Part shown: positions 33,587 through 43,615 of the stretch, piece after piece
How positions within the stretch are numbered: the first letter of the stretch is position 1
Layout of the letters: every line of letters starts with the position of its first letter
Source of the DNA: a virus
Lineage: Duplodnaviria; Heunggongvirae; Uroviricota; Caudoviricetes
Virus record (IMG/VR): IMGVR_UViG_2799112923_000002
Coordinates: 1 to 64,000 of that record
Direction: 5' to 3' (one strand)
Length of the DNA stretch: 64,000 nt
Program-made: the position numbers and the translations under genes
The notes under the pieces: generated by a model
Seen by the model: only the letters and a program-made list of their open reading frames with translations
Databases searched by the model: none
What the model was told of the DNA's origin: nothing

Positions 33587-33964
33587 ATGACAAAAGAAGA
33601 AGCATACAATATTTTGTTAAAACTACGCGCTTGGAGGGCATGGGGTCATTCGGAACAGAATGGAGCAGACAGACCAGAACTGCCATCACAAAAAGAAATT
33701 GATCAAGCATTGGATGCATTCATTGAAGTTCTTTCTCAACATTCTCTTCTCGAAGATTTAGAAGAAGCGGCGGAGAAGTATAAAACTCAATGGGATGTAG
33801 AACATCCTCATTCCCCAGATATTGATTTCATCGCCGGAGCGAAGTGGATGAAAAGCAAGATACTAAAGCTCATTGAAACTCGTATTTCTGAAATAATTGG
33901 AGATGCCCAGCCTAATCCGGTGTTAAGAATAGAACTACAAGATATAATTGATAAAATTAAATAG
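33587..33964 (+). CDS. Hypothetical protein (125 aa)
   Basis: ORF. Confidence 0.45.
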   Translation: MTKEEAYNILLKLRAWRAWGHSEQNGADRPELPSQKEIDQALDAFIEVLSQHSLLEDLEEAAEKYKTQWDVEHPHSPDIDFIAGAKWMKSKILKLIETRISEIIGDAQPNPVLRIELQDIIDKIK

Positions 33965-34190
33965 AGAATGAAGTGTTATAGTATTTGGATGGAGGGGTTC
34001 AATATAACCGGATCAATTGCTCGAGCTAGTTTCGTTGGAACTTTTGAAGCAAATTCTTTTAAAGAAGCATGTCAAAAAGCTTTTAAAGGTAAATCGCTTT
34101 ACGATTCAGAAAGTAACACTTATTATGGGTGTCACTTGTATGATAATGAAAGTGATGCAAGAAGATCATTTGGATAAAATAATTTGTTTT

Positions 34191-34511
34191 ATGATGCCAG
34201 ATAAAATTTATGCAGGCTATAGGTATGAAAATAATAATGAAGACTTATATGCGAGAAAAACGCCTTTAACAAATAGAGATACAGAATATATTCGTAAGGA
34301 TATTGTAGATAAGACTATTGAATTGGCTGAAGATCATGCTATGCTGGCCGGAATGAACAAGATGGAACAGCAGATGATGGAGAAAGCATATGATACCATT
34401 ATGCAATTTGATGAACTTGACGATTTAGTTCCTACTTTTGAAGACATGCAAAAATTTGGATTTAAAGAAGGAGATAAAGTTAAGATTATAATTCTCAAAG
34501 ACAATGAATAA
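34191..34511 (+). CDS. Hypothetical protein (about 106 aa; the listed ORF 34017..34511 probably starts at the internal Met)
   Basis: The upstream part of the listed ORF overlaps 33968..34177 in another frame. Confidence 0.35.
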   Translation: MMPDKIYAGYRYENNNEDLYARKTPLTNRDTEYIRKDIVDKTIELAEDHAMLAGMNKMEQQMMEKAYDTIMQFDELDDLVPTFEDMQKFGFKEGDKVKIIILKDNE

Positions 34512-35266
34512 AGCTTTTAAAATTGCATGTAAGATTTATCCAAAAACATCTATGAAAGTTGTTTATTCGGATAATCTTGATAATGTATATTCAAAAGATA
34601 TATTCGATCCCCAACGTAGAGCATTTATTAAAGGTTATATTATAGCCAATAGAAGTCTAAAAAGGAGTTTATTAAAATGGGCAAAATCTGAACAAGAAAA
34701 ATGTTCTGATGAAACCCATCCTTATGCTCAGTTTATGAATGTTCTTATTGATAAATTAAATTCAATTTAATATGGAATTATATGAAATTCTATTTATTGG
34801 ACTTGGTTTAGTTTTAATTATTGGATTGGATCGAGTTTATCGAATAATGTCGGATATTAAAGAGAATGGAATAATGTCTATGGTTGAATACACTATTTCC
34901 GACGAAAGTATTCAAAAAATTGTAGATATTGTATTAGAATCTTTAAAAAAAGAAACCAATGTTAACAGCACAACAGAGGAGGAGTTACAATCTTCAGATT
35001 CTCACAGCACTTAATAGTGTTATTGAAATGTATCCAGATTTAAGATTTGGACAGATAATTGAAGTGTTTGCCAAAGATCAAGATGTAGATTTCTTCAATG
35101 AAGAACCGGACTCTATCTATGATAGAATAATTAAAAAATTAAATGGATTCAGACGTTAAAGAACCTGATGTAATCGGGTATCAAGTGATTAATATGTTTT
35201 TTCCTCCTGAAGATCAACCAAATCTTGCAGAAGAGAAGGAAGAAAAGAAAGAGGAATAAACTAAAT

Positions 35267-35340
35267 GGGAGCATAACTCAGTGGTTCAGAGTGCTACTCT
35301 TACAAAGTAGAAGTCCTGTGTTCAAATCACAGTGTTCCCA
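35267..35340 (+). tRNA. tRNA-Val (anticodon TAC)
   Basis: Acceptor gggagca/tgttccc, D-arm ctcagtggttcagag, anticodon arm ctact-cttacaa-agtag, T-arm ctgtg-ttcaaat-cacag. Confidence 0.7.
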
Positions 35341-36241
35341 CAAAATTTTTTATTATATGAAAGAGAAAATTTATGATTTAGTAGCTCAAGGAGTTCTTAC
35401 TAAAAAGCAGGCTGATATAGTCTGGAGCGTTGTCCACAAGTGTGAGGATGATGATCGTGAAGAAATGTTAATTTCATTATCTGAATGTGTATGAGAGAGG
35501 ATATAGAACTTTCCTTTGATACCAATATTATGATAGCTTTGTTTATTGTATTATTGATTCTTAAACTTGTTGGATGGGTATCATGGTCTTGGTGGTGGAT
35601 ATTTTCTCCACTTTGGATACCTGCTGTAATTTCTATTATTGCAGTTATTGTTAATAAACTCGCTTTTTTATTACGAAAAGATGGGAATATGTGATTATTT
35701 AGTATTGCTTTTTCTTATATTGAGAATATGTAATGTTATTAATTGGGCATGGTATTGGATAATATCACCTTATTGGATTCCCTACTTTTTAATAATGTTA
35801 TATGGTGCTGGTAAAGCAATATATGATTGGATTCGTTAATATAGTTACAAAAAAATTAAAATTATGCAGTCTCTTGCTCGTAGAATGAAACGTGGTACCA
35901 TTGGTGTAAGACATCTTAATGCCACTAAGAACAAACCTGGTCGTAGTCGTAGGACTCAGACTATCATTAAGAGTCGTTTTGCATCTGATGCAAATCAGCA
36001 GATTACCTTTACAATTCATCATCAAGATTGTGCCTAATATGGAAAAACTTTACGGTCTTTATTCTGTTATTTCTAATAAGACTGTTAGGAAACATGAAAA
36101 GAAACATGAAGTTTTTAGGAAGAAGGGTGTTCCCGGAGTTCTTATAAAGACTAATCGTGGTTATTTCATTGATGGACGACAGGTCGATCAGAAATCAGTA
36201 GAAATCTTTTTTGCAATGTATAATGCAAAATAAGTAAATAA

Positions 36242-36310
36242 CAAGTAATCGTTTAATGCAAAAGACAAAGCTTTTATAGTTTTATCTGAGTTCGAATCTC
36301 AGTTACTTGT
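36242..36310 (+). tRNA. Aberrant AT-rich tRNA-like gene (69 nt; apparent anticodon loop ttttata)
   Basis: Perfect 7-bp acceptor caagtaa/ttacttg and T-arm ctgag-ttcgaat-ctcag, but short D-arm and variable region and an ambiguous anticodon. Confidence 0.4.
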
Positions 36311-36550
36311 CTAAAATTTATTTAATATGATTTTTATTATTCTAATAGCGCTTTTGGCAATATGGTTGCCATTGTATCATTATCTATATCCTAGAGAAAA
36401 TTGTATCTATAAAGATTCACATGGCAATAAAGCAAAAGTAACGAAAGTGAAGAATTTTGTAGCTACACTTGTCTTTATTTTAGATGATGGTCAACAAGTC
36501 ACAAGTCCTCAAAATTGGGACTTAGTTGAATTTATAAAAACTTTTACATT

Positions 36551-37279
36551 ATGGAAAGAATTATAATTGTTCCAGATGTACATTGTAGAGATTTTTATAA
36601 ACCTGTTCTTAAAATAAAGGATACAAAGATAGTTTTTCTTGGAGATTATCTTGATCCATATCAATACGAAAATCTTTCTTTTGAAAAAGGTTTAGAAAAT
36701 CTTGAAGAGATTATTCAATTTAAAAAGAACAATCCTGATAATGTTACATTGTTATTAGGTAATCATGATTTTAACTATGTTTGGCAAAAGAATTGGGCTA
36801 CAAGATTTAATTCGGAATTTTCTTCAGAAGCTCATAGACTTTATCTAGATAATTTTAAATTATTTGAACCATATAAATTGATAGGTGATATTTTATTTAC
36901 TCATGCAGGAGTTTCTGATGGATGGATAAAATATCATAAAATAGAAGGAAATATTCCAGAATATATTGATATTAATTGGAATATCTTTTTATATGGTGCT
37001 GTTGGTCCAAAAGAAGAATCATATCTTCCAATTTTTGATTGTGGTAAGATTAGAGGTGGATGGGAGAAATATGGTGGAATTTTTTGGAACGACGTTCGAG
37101 AAATGGATTATTTGAATCCTATAGATTATGTTCAAATTTTTGGACACACTCAGTTGGGTTTAACCGGAGATACAATTGAAATGAAAGATGAACCATTTAA
37201 AGGTAAACCTAGATATTGTTGTGATTCTAGATCTATATTTGTCTATGAAAATAATCAATTAACACGATATGAAAATTAA
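36551..37279 (+). CDS. Calcineurin-like metallophosphoesterase (Ser/Thr phosphatase family)
   Basis: Motifs DVHC...GDYLD...GNHD...HAG. Confidence 0.6.
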   Translation: MERIIIVPDVHCRDFYKPVLKIKDTKIVFLGDYLDPYQYENLSFEKGLENLEEIIQFKKNNPDNVTLLLGNHDFNYVWQKNWATRFNSEFSSEAHRLYLDNFKLFEPYKLIGDILFTHAGVSDGWIKYHKIEGNIPEYIDINWNIFLYGAVGPKEESYLPIFDCGKIRGGWEKYGGIFWNDVREMDYLNPIDYVQIFGHTQLGLTGDTIEMKDEPFKGKPRYCCDSRSIFVYENNQLTRYEN

Positions 37280-37694
37280 TTTTACAAAAGAACATCTTGC
37301 CGCACTTAAGGCAAATATTGCGGAATTAGTTCTTAGAGGAACTATTATTCCTGGTCCTGTAGGACAGTCTTACGATATTTTTAATATTGTAAATACACTC
37401 TCTACTAGTTCTCTTCGTACGATTTCTGCATTTCTTCAGAAGAAGAAAGCCGGACTTTCTGTTGATGATGAATGGGTAGAAAATCCTCATAAAGCAGAGG
37501 TTGAAGAACTTCAGTTTATTATCGATACTATCTCTCTTGTTATAGGTTATAAGCTTAAGAACATTGAGATTGAAGATAATCTTCGTGAGAAAGCTCGTCT
37601 TGAGAAGCAGCTTAACGAACTTAAAGAATCTCAGAAGACTCCGGCAGAACTTATTGCCGAACTTGAAGCCAAAATCACTGCTATTGAAAGTTAA
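37269..37694 (+). CDS. Coiled-coil protein (141 aa)
   Basis: ORF; C-terminal heptad-rich segment. Confidence 0.4.
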   Translation: MKINFTKEHLAALKANIAELVLRGTIIPGPVGQSYDIFNIVNTLSTSSLRTISAFLQKKKAGLSVDDEWVENPHKAEVEELQFIIDTISLVIGYKLKNIEIEDNLREKARLEKQLNELKESQKTPAELIAELEAKITAIES

Positions 37695-37723
37695 TCGGTA
37701 TATAGATACATTTAATGTAACTT

Positions 37724-39544
37724 ATGGTACAAGTAGAATTTAATAAGAAGCAAGAAAATCCTTTTTATAAGCTTCCGCATTGTCTTTCTATTTTTCAAGG
37801 ACGAGCTATTACTCCAGGTTTATTGGATTTGGCTTGGCTTGAAGTTAGAGATGACAAGGTAAAGAAAGAGATGTTTTATTCTCTTTTGTTCTCTATTGGT
37901 GATATTACCAATCGTGAACATAATATATTTCACGGTAAAAAGATTGATTCCGGTGGTCAAGCAAGACGTGCTGAATTTTTTACAATCATGAATTGGATGA
38001 TTCAAACTGACTATGAACAGTTTAAGAAATTCCTTTATGCAGGATTGTTTGATGAATACACTTGTTTTGATCATCTCTTTAGAAATAGAGTGCAAACTAC
38101 TGCGAAAACAAATCGCATAGTTGCTGTTTATTCCATGCTTTCTAACGAACAATATCGTCATGATCTTGCCGATTATGTAGTTAATATTGTAAACGGGAAG
38201 AATCCATTTAAGAAACAACTCGTTGCAAAGTTCTTAACTCTTCCTAGACTTGGTAGAAGAAGTGGACATAAACAAATGATGGAACCTACAATGAAAGCTA
38301 TGCATGATAAAGCATTGTTTTTAGAGGAAGTTTCTGTCAAACTTGGATGGAAATACGTTTTTGTTGGAAATTATGCCAATTTTATTGATTATCGTAATTG
38401 GAGAAAGGAATACAATGCAGATCTTGAATCTGTACTTTTCTCTACCGGTAAAATCAATGAGTTTGATCAAGTAAACTTTATAGATTGGCTTGATAAACTT
38501 CCTTCTCAAGCAAGATTTCGTGTTAAGAATCGTATATTCTATTCTAAAGATGAAAACGGAAAAGAAAAGTGGGCAAAATTCCAAGCTTATTATAAAGATT
38601 GGGAGAGAGCTAAGGAAAAGGCACAGGAAGAACAACGTGTTCTTCAGGAAAAGGTCAGACAAGGAGTTGCCTCTGTTGAAGATCAGGTTAGATTAAAAGA
38701 AGTTAAGAAAGAAGCTAAGGTTAATACTGGTGCTTCTACTTTTAAGGATTTGTATAAAGAAATCCTTAATGGAAACCCTGATAAACTTAAACTGGAAAGC
38801 TTTGTACAGAACAAGGTAAATCTTCCTTTTAACTTCTTGACTATTATCGATGAGTCTGGAAGTATGCGAGGAGCTCCATTTAGTTTTGCAACATTCCTTG
38901 CTTCTGTTCTTCTGTACAAGAATCCTGATGATGTTGCAAGAAATCTCGTTGGATTATTTTCTAGTAAAGCACGATTTGTATCTGCTATTGACAAGAAATC
39001 CAATATTACACCAAATTCTTTCTGGTATCGAAACAATGTCACAGATATTGCACCAGAACCATTTGTTGTTCCTGAAAAGAGTTTCTATGACAATTATCAG
39101 AGAATTTCTAATTATTTAGGTACTATCTTTGCTGGAGGTGGAACATACATCAATACATTAGCTGAACGACTCAGAGAAATTTATAAGAATAATCCTGAAC
39201 TTATCGATGAGTTGGGTAATTATCCTGTTTGGGTTGTTTGTAGTGATGGAGATGTTAATAATAGTCGTAATGCAAGAGAGTCTATTCTTGAACTCCAACA
39301 CGCTTGTAAGCAATATCTTGGATTTGTTCCTTATCTTGTAATCATTGAAATTGATAACTATAATAACAAAAACATCAATAATTTTGCTAATCTTGATCAG
39401 GTGATGTATATTCCTGGAAAAGTTGAGCTTATTGAACAAATGTTGTCTAATTTCAAGGATATTGATGTATTCGATATATATACTCCACTTCTTTCTATTT
39501 ACCGAAGCAATAGATACGAATTAGTTAGAAATAATGTAATTTAA
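37724..39544 (+). CDS. vWA-domain protein (606 aa); N-terminal about 350 aa of unknown fold (Ro60/TROVE-like is a hypothesis)
   Basis: C-terminal half has MIDAS-like motifs DESGSM ... GGGT ... CSDGDV. Confidence 0.55.
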   Translation: MVQVEFNKKQENPFYKLPHCLSIFQGRAITPGLLDLAWLEVRDDKVKKEMFYSLLFSIGDITNREHNIFHGKKIDSGGQARRAEFFTIMNWMIQTDYEQFKKFLYAGLFDEYTCFDHLFRNRVQTTAKTNRIVAVYSMLSNEQYRHDLADYVVNIVNGKNPFKKQLVAKFLTLPRLGRRSGHKQMMEPTMKAMHDKALFLEEVSVKLGWKYVFVGNYANFIDYRNWRKEYNADLESVLFSTGKINEFDQVNFIDWLDKLPSQARFRVKNRIFYSKDENGKEKWAKFQAYYKDWERAKEKAQEEQRVLQEKVRQGVASVEDQVRLKEVKKEAKVNTGASTFKDLYKEILNGNPDKLKLESFVQNKVNLPFNFLTIIDESGSMRGAPFSFATFLASVLLYKNPDDVARNLVGLFSSKARFVSAIDKKSNITPNSFWYRNNVTDIAPEPFVVPEKSFYDNYQRISNYLGTIFAGGGTYINTLAERLREIYKNNPELIDELGNYPVWVVCSDGDVNNSRNARESILELQHACKQYLGFVPYLVIIEIDNYNNKNINNFANLDQVMYIPGKVELIEQMLSNFKDIDVFDIYTPLLSIYRSNRYELVRNNVI

Positions 39545-39644
39545 CTTGCATTATTGAAAATTAATTCATATCTTTGTAATTCAAATCTCTTATCGCGTGA
39601 TTGTGATAAGAGGTTCTTATTATGATACTTACAATACTATTTAT

Positions 39645-39729
39645 TTCTAAAGGTTAGAATGTTTGAATAGGGTTCAAAATGTAGTTGGTTCGATTCCAAC
39701 CCTCCCCACCAATTTTTAAAATGGGGAGG
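39645..39729 (+). ncRNA. tRNA-like element with D-arm, anticodon-like arm (loop atagggt), T-arm and a 3' cctcccc-acca tail but no 5' acceptor strand; the complementary tggggagg lies 10 nt downstream
   Basis: ttct-aaaggtt-agaa / tttga-atagggt-tcaaa / gttgg-ttcgatt-ccaac / cctccccacca ... tggggagg; the 13-nt motif lies 9-21 nt upstream. Confidence 0.4.
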
Positions 39730-39784
39730 TAATTCATTAAAAACGAAATTAAGTATCATAGACTTTTATAAGACACTTACAATA

Positions 39785-39828
39785 TGTAAAATCTTATTAC
39801 ATGAGTTCGATCCTCATATTACTCGCCA
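39785..39828 (+). ncRNA. Mini tRNA-like element (anticodon-like hairpin + T-arm + tail ending GCCA) about 44 nt
   Basis: tgtaa-aatctta-ttaca atgag-ttcgatc-ctcat attactcgcca; conserved motif gacacttacaata immediately upstream. Confidence 0.35.
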
Positions 39829-40006
39829 TTCATTTTGAGTGATTCGCCTAGTGGTTTTGGCAAAGATTTGAGTGTCTTTTATTTTTGATTTAAGTCCTAC
39901 TATTCCCTGATTAATATAAAAGATTATTCTTCACAAGCGCGCAGTCTAAGATTAATCGTTTAATCAAAGTAGTAGGTAGAGATATAAAATGTCACATACA
40001 ATATCA

Positions 40007-40079
40007 ATTACTTTAGCTCATTTGGTAGAGCGCCCGACTTATAATCAGGATGTAGTTGGTTCAATTCCAACAAGTGAAA
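40007..40079 (+). tRNA. tRNA-Ile-like (anticodon TAT), second copy
   Basis: Acceptor attactt/aagtgaa (one mismatch at 1-72), D-arm gctcatttggtagagc, anticodon loop cttataa, T-arm gttgg-ttcaatt-ccaac. Confidence 0.55.
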
Positions 40080-40438
40080 TCATTTGTGACATAGAAACAT
40101 ACAAAGGAAGGGTGAGAGAGTGGCAAATTCCATATATGTCGAGTTAAGGTGGGAGCTTAGTCAGCCATAATATACGGTGCGCACGAAGGAGTGACTTCTG
40201 AGGAACCACGTATAGCTGTATCTCTAAACATATGATAGTTGGTAGTGCACATAATTAATGATCCAACACTCACGGACTTTCGGGTTTCTTAAAGTCTTTC
40301 CTCCGGTTGATGAAATAAGACTTATTTTGTAATTTCTTTCATATAATATAATGTAACTTACAAAGTAATAATAAAAATAACACAACACTTATATATTTAT
40401 AATTTACGTATTAATTTTTATTAAGTTACATTTAAAAT

Positions 40439-40509
40439 TGAGGCGTGGTGTAATGGTAACACTCAAGTTTTTGGCACTTGCATTTTGAGTTCGAATCTCG
40501 ACGTCTCAA
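40439..40509 (+). tRNA. tRNA-Gln (anticodon TTG)
   Basis: Acceptor tgaggcg/cgtctca, D-arm gtgt-aatggta-acac, anticodon arm caagt-ttttggc-acttg. Confidence 0.55.
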
Positions 40510-40516
40510 CTAATAT

Positions 40517-40589
40517 TGCGGGATGATAGCAGTGGTAGCTAGACAGTCTCATAAGCTGTAGGTCCCTGGTTCAATTCCAGGTCCCGCAA
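40517..40589 (+). tRNA. tRNA-Met (anticodon CAT)
   Basis: Perfect acceptor tgcggga/tcccgca, anticodon arm acagt-ctcataa-gctgt, T-arm cctgg-ttcaatt-ccagg. Confidence 0.7.
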
Positions 40590-40833
40590 CAAATATGATA
40601 CTTATAATACTATATTTAAACAATAATCTTTTAAATTATGTAGTTGAACCAAGTATCATTTAGTAAAATAATGATTCATATAGAATCAATTAGAAGCTCA
40701 TAGAGCTAGTATTCACATTAAATTTAAATTGTTATGAAACACTAGATTAACTTAATTCCTCCATAAGCATTATAATTTTTATTTAAAACAAAAAAGAGAG
40801 ATTTTATTTATTTTACTTAAAAATTATATTGTT

Positions 40834-41106
40834 ATGAGAACGAACGCATTAAAATTTAAACAAGACATTAAAGACTGGGTTGCTTTAAAAGAAAAGAACT
40901 CACATTGGATGCATCCTATTTATTGTGCATATTATATTGTTAAGCATCAAATTTTAGATAATGAAAGACAGCAGTCTATTATCGAAGACGATATTAAGAG
41001 ATCGTATAAAGCTCTTAATTCCGATTACTATAAAAGATTATTTAGAAAAGTAGTTGATGAATACCTTAACAAATACCCAGAAGAGATTGTATGTACTGAT
41101 AAGTAA
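40834..41106 (+). CDS. Hypothetical protein (90 aa)
   Basis: ORF. Confidence 0.4.
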   Translation: MRTNALKFKQDIKDWVALKEKNSHWMHPIYCAYYIVKHQILDNERQQSIIEDDIKRSYKALNSDYYKRLFRKVVDEYLNKYPEEIVCTDK

Positions 41107-41362
41107 AGAACTTGATCCAGTATATGGTTGTGTTCAGGGTGGACATGCTGTAGCACAATATTTACTAGAACATCCAAAACAGAGTTGAAATAATCAATAT
41201 CTTATTTATTTATATGCAAACATTGATAAATGGAAACAGAAGTTAGATTTGTTTGAATTGGATTATTCTTGTTTTAAAGAACCAGATCTTAATAATGCTT
41301 TGACGGCAATTGCTGTGGAGGATGATGGAAAGATGTTTAAGAATTTAAAATTAGTTGAGTAA
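41057..41362 (+). CDS. Possible Pth2-like peptidyl-tRNA hydrolase (about 101 aa, one TGA=Trp)
   Basis: Manual translation MNTLTNTQKRLYVLISKELDPVYGCVQGGHAVAQYLLEHPKQSW... loosely resembles the Pth2 block DL.MS.GK.AAQ..HAA; overlaps the previous ORF in another frame. Confidence 0.3.
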
Positions 41363-41393
41363 ACGTTTGCCGGAACGTTAAATCCGGCATTAT

Positions 41394-41465
41394 GCCCCAT
41401 TGGTCGATAGGTAAGGCAACTCTCCCTAAAAGAGGCATATGCGGGTTCAAATCCTGTATGGGGCA
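41394..41465 (+). tRNA. Aberrant tRNA-like gene; anticodon arm ctct-ccctaaa-agag would present CTA (reads UAG) with C33
   Basis: Perfect acceptor gccccat/atggggc and T-arm GGGTTCAAATCC; 3-bp D-stem; 4-bp anticodon stem. Confidence 0.4.
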
Positions 41466-41595
41466 CATTATATGTGAAATGTATCTAGGACGCTAGAATA
41501 CAAAGTAACCGGGTTTGGCTACAACCACACTGGAAGAAACCAAAAAGCACAGTGTATTAAAGAGGTACCTGGGAACAGAAACCCTCTTATTTTAT

Positions 41596-41668
41596 GGGGT
41601 CTTAGTGATAACGGTTAGCACGATGGCTTTGCAAGCCATAGGTACGGTTTCGATTACCGTAGGCTCCA
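41596..41668 (+). tRNA. tRNA-Ala (anticodon TGC)
   Basis: Anticodon arm atggc-tttgcaa-gccat, T-arm acggt-ttcgatt-accgt, acceptor ggggtct/aggctcc with G-U pairs. Confidence 0.6.
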
Positions 41669-41712
41669 CAAATGGATCGACCTCGTAGCTCAGCTGGTAG
41701 AGCATTACACTT

Positions 41713-42343
41713 TAACTAAAAATTAATTAAATGTATGAATAGTAAAACAAAAGGTAATTTAGGAGAAATTGCAGTAGCACACGAATTTATAAAGTGAGGA
41801 TGTACTGTATCTTTTCCATTCGGAGACAATGCAAGATATGATTTAATAGTAGATGATGGTCAAAATCTGAAGCGAGTACAAATCAAATATACAGATTGTA
41901 AATCAGAAAACAATTCTTGAGCATGTAGATGTGAAAGTAGTAAAAATCATACTACAAATAAAAGAATGGATAAATATATCGGAGATGTAGATCTTATGGT
42001 ATTCTATATTGCTGAATTACAAACGTGTATAATGTTTACTATGGATGAAATTGGTCAGAGAACTACTATTAATGTAAGAGAAGAATATCCAAGTAATGGT
42101 CAAAGAAAAGGAATTATCTTAATAAAAGATCATACATTTAATAATTATTTTAAGAGTGCACAACTGGAAACAGTTGATGTAGAAGCAGGCGAATTCGACG
42201 AAACTCCTAAAGAGGACAACGACGAGCTAAATTCACAAGTTTGTGATAAATGTGTAGAGACTATGCACCTGCAACCTAAGTCCAGAGGATAAGGTTATGA
42301 AATAGTCCAGACTACAACGATGTAAATCGGTCATGGTAACATG
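41713..42343 (+). mobile_element. Group I intron (relative of the 31185..31592 intron) carrying an endonuclease ORF
   Basis: Same insertion point (after ctt of the anticodon loop); the same core blocks gtagagactatg (R-like) and gaaatagtccagac (S-like) overlap and follow the 3' end of the ORF. Confidence 0.6.
41735..42292 (+). CDS. Intron-encoded endonuclease, PD-(D/E)XK / Holliday-junction-resolvase-like (about 185 aa, two TGA=Trp)
   Basis: Manual translation MNSKTKGNLGEIAVAHEFIKWGCTVSFPFGDNARYDLIVDDGQNLKRVQIKYTDCKSENNSWACRCESSK... then the listed ORF 41966..42292; GxxGExxV...YDL..DD...R.Q.K pattern. Confidence 0.5.
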
Positions 42344-42416
42344 AAGTAGTAGGTTAATGTAGTGGTCACGAGTTCGAATCTCGTCGGGGTCACTTTAAAT
42401 ATTAATATAAATAATT

Positions 42417-42911
42417 ATGCGAAATTTTCCTATTAAAATCGACGCTCAAGAGTTCTGGGTTAGTCGATCAATTGCAACAGTAGGTTTTGTCATCTGTGTA
42501 GCATCTAAGAAAGTGTTTATTCTTGTTAATAAACGTGGAAACGGAACACCTGATTATCAGGGTTTTTGGAATTGTCCTTGTGGATATTTGGATTATCATG
42601 AGACACTTAAGGAAGGTTGTGCAAGAGAGATTTATGAAGAAACCAACTTTAAAATCGATCCTAATGAATTACATCTTTGGTCCATTAATGATGATCCTAA
42701 TGATGATCCTAAACAAAATGTTACTTTTCGATATTATGCTGTAGTAAAAGATGCAGCTTTAATACAGAAAATTTACGCTAAAGGACAAGAAAATGATGAA
42801 GTAGCAGATTGTATGTGGTTAAATGTTAAAGATATTGATAGATATGATTGGGCATTTGGCCATAAAGATCTCATCAAAGAAATATTGAAAACACTTAATA
42901 TAAAAATATAA
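42417..42911 (+). CDS. Nudix hydrolase
   Basis: Nudix box GYLDYHETLKEGCAREIYEETNF (Gx5Ex7REUxEExGU). Confidence 0.65.
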   Translation: MRNFPIKIDAQEFWVSRSIATVGFVICVASKKVFILVNKRGNGTPDYQGFWNCPCGYLDYHETLKEGCAREIYEETNFKIDPNELHLWSINDDPNDDPKQNVTFRYYAVVKDAALIQKIYAKGQENDEVADCMWLNVKDIDRYDWAFGHKDLIKEILKTLNIKI

Positions 42912-43525
42912 TGATTTGATTTATTTTAATAGTTTTATTAACAATAAGTCTATGTTTTTTATCATATAGAAAAGGTGCATTAAAAGAATTAGAAAAAATA
43001 AACAATTCTCTTGATAACTATCTTGAATCACATAAAAACATGGAAGAATTGTTTTATCCTGGAATTGAAGTCACAAAACATATCATTGATCAATTAAAAG
43101 ACCAATGATAATAATTGGGCCTGACTAGAATAGAACGATATGAGATTTATAATATAACATGTACGAGCTGAACAACTCGTTTATCAACTATTCAAACAAA
43201 TAAATGCCAAAAATCTCATTTCCGAAATTCGTAACAAGGTTATGGATTTCTGCAACAGTATTGTAAATTTCTTTGCTTCTGAAGCAAATTTTGCAATAGC
43301 TATTGCCTAGTTTCTTAATTCTATAAAAATTAAGTGGTGGAGATGGGAGATAGAATCCCGTTAAATAATGCCGAAAACGTGCCGGAGCGATATCGGGGAA
43401 GACTATGGTAAGAAGGCTTTCTTGTTAGTTTACAAAGAATGTTGAACTAACTAAACATGTAAATAATTATATTATTGATACGTAGGCGTGACTGAGGTGC
43501 GAATCCTCACAGGTCCACTATAAAT

Positions 43526-43597
43526 TGGGGTGTAGCTCAGAGGTAGAGCACGTGGCTGTTAACCACGGTGTCGAGATATCGTAATTCTCCATCCCAG
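43526..43597 (+). tRNA. tRNA-Asn (anticodon GTT) with non-canonical T-arm
   Basis: Acceptor tggggtg/catccca, D-arm gctcagaggtagagc, anticodon arm cgtgg-ctgttaa-ccacg; T-arm reads gaga-tatcgtaat-tctc (9-nt loop). Confidence 0.55.
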
Positions 43598-43615
43598 CTA
43601 TCAAATCTTAAAATT

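Larger units (their letters stand above)
41679..42381 (+). tRNA. tRNA-Lys-like (inferred anticodon TTT) split by a 631-nt group I intron in the anticodon loop
   Basis: 5' exon 41679-41712 (gacctcg ta gctcagctggtagagc a ttaca ctt) and 3' exon 42344-42381 (ttaa tgtag tggtc acgag-ttcgaat-ctcgt cggggtc a) complete a cloverleaf. Confidence 0.65.

Noticed and set aside
36242-36310. Reading the aberrant tRNA-like gene as an ochre (UAA) suppressor with anticodon TTA
   Set aside because: TAA is the dominant termination codon of well-supported genes here (endolysin-adjacent genes, RNase H, tail fibres). The fold also has U37 and a 2-nt variable loop, so the anticodon assignment is unreliable. It is kept only as an aberrant tRNA-like element.
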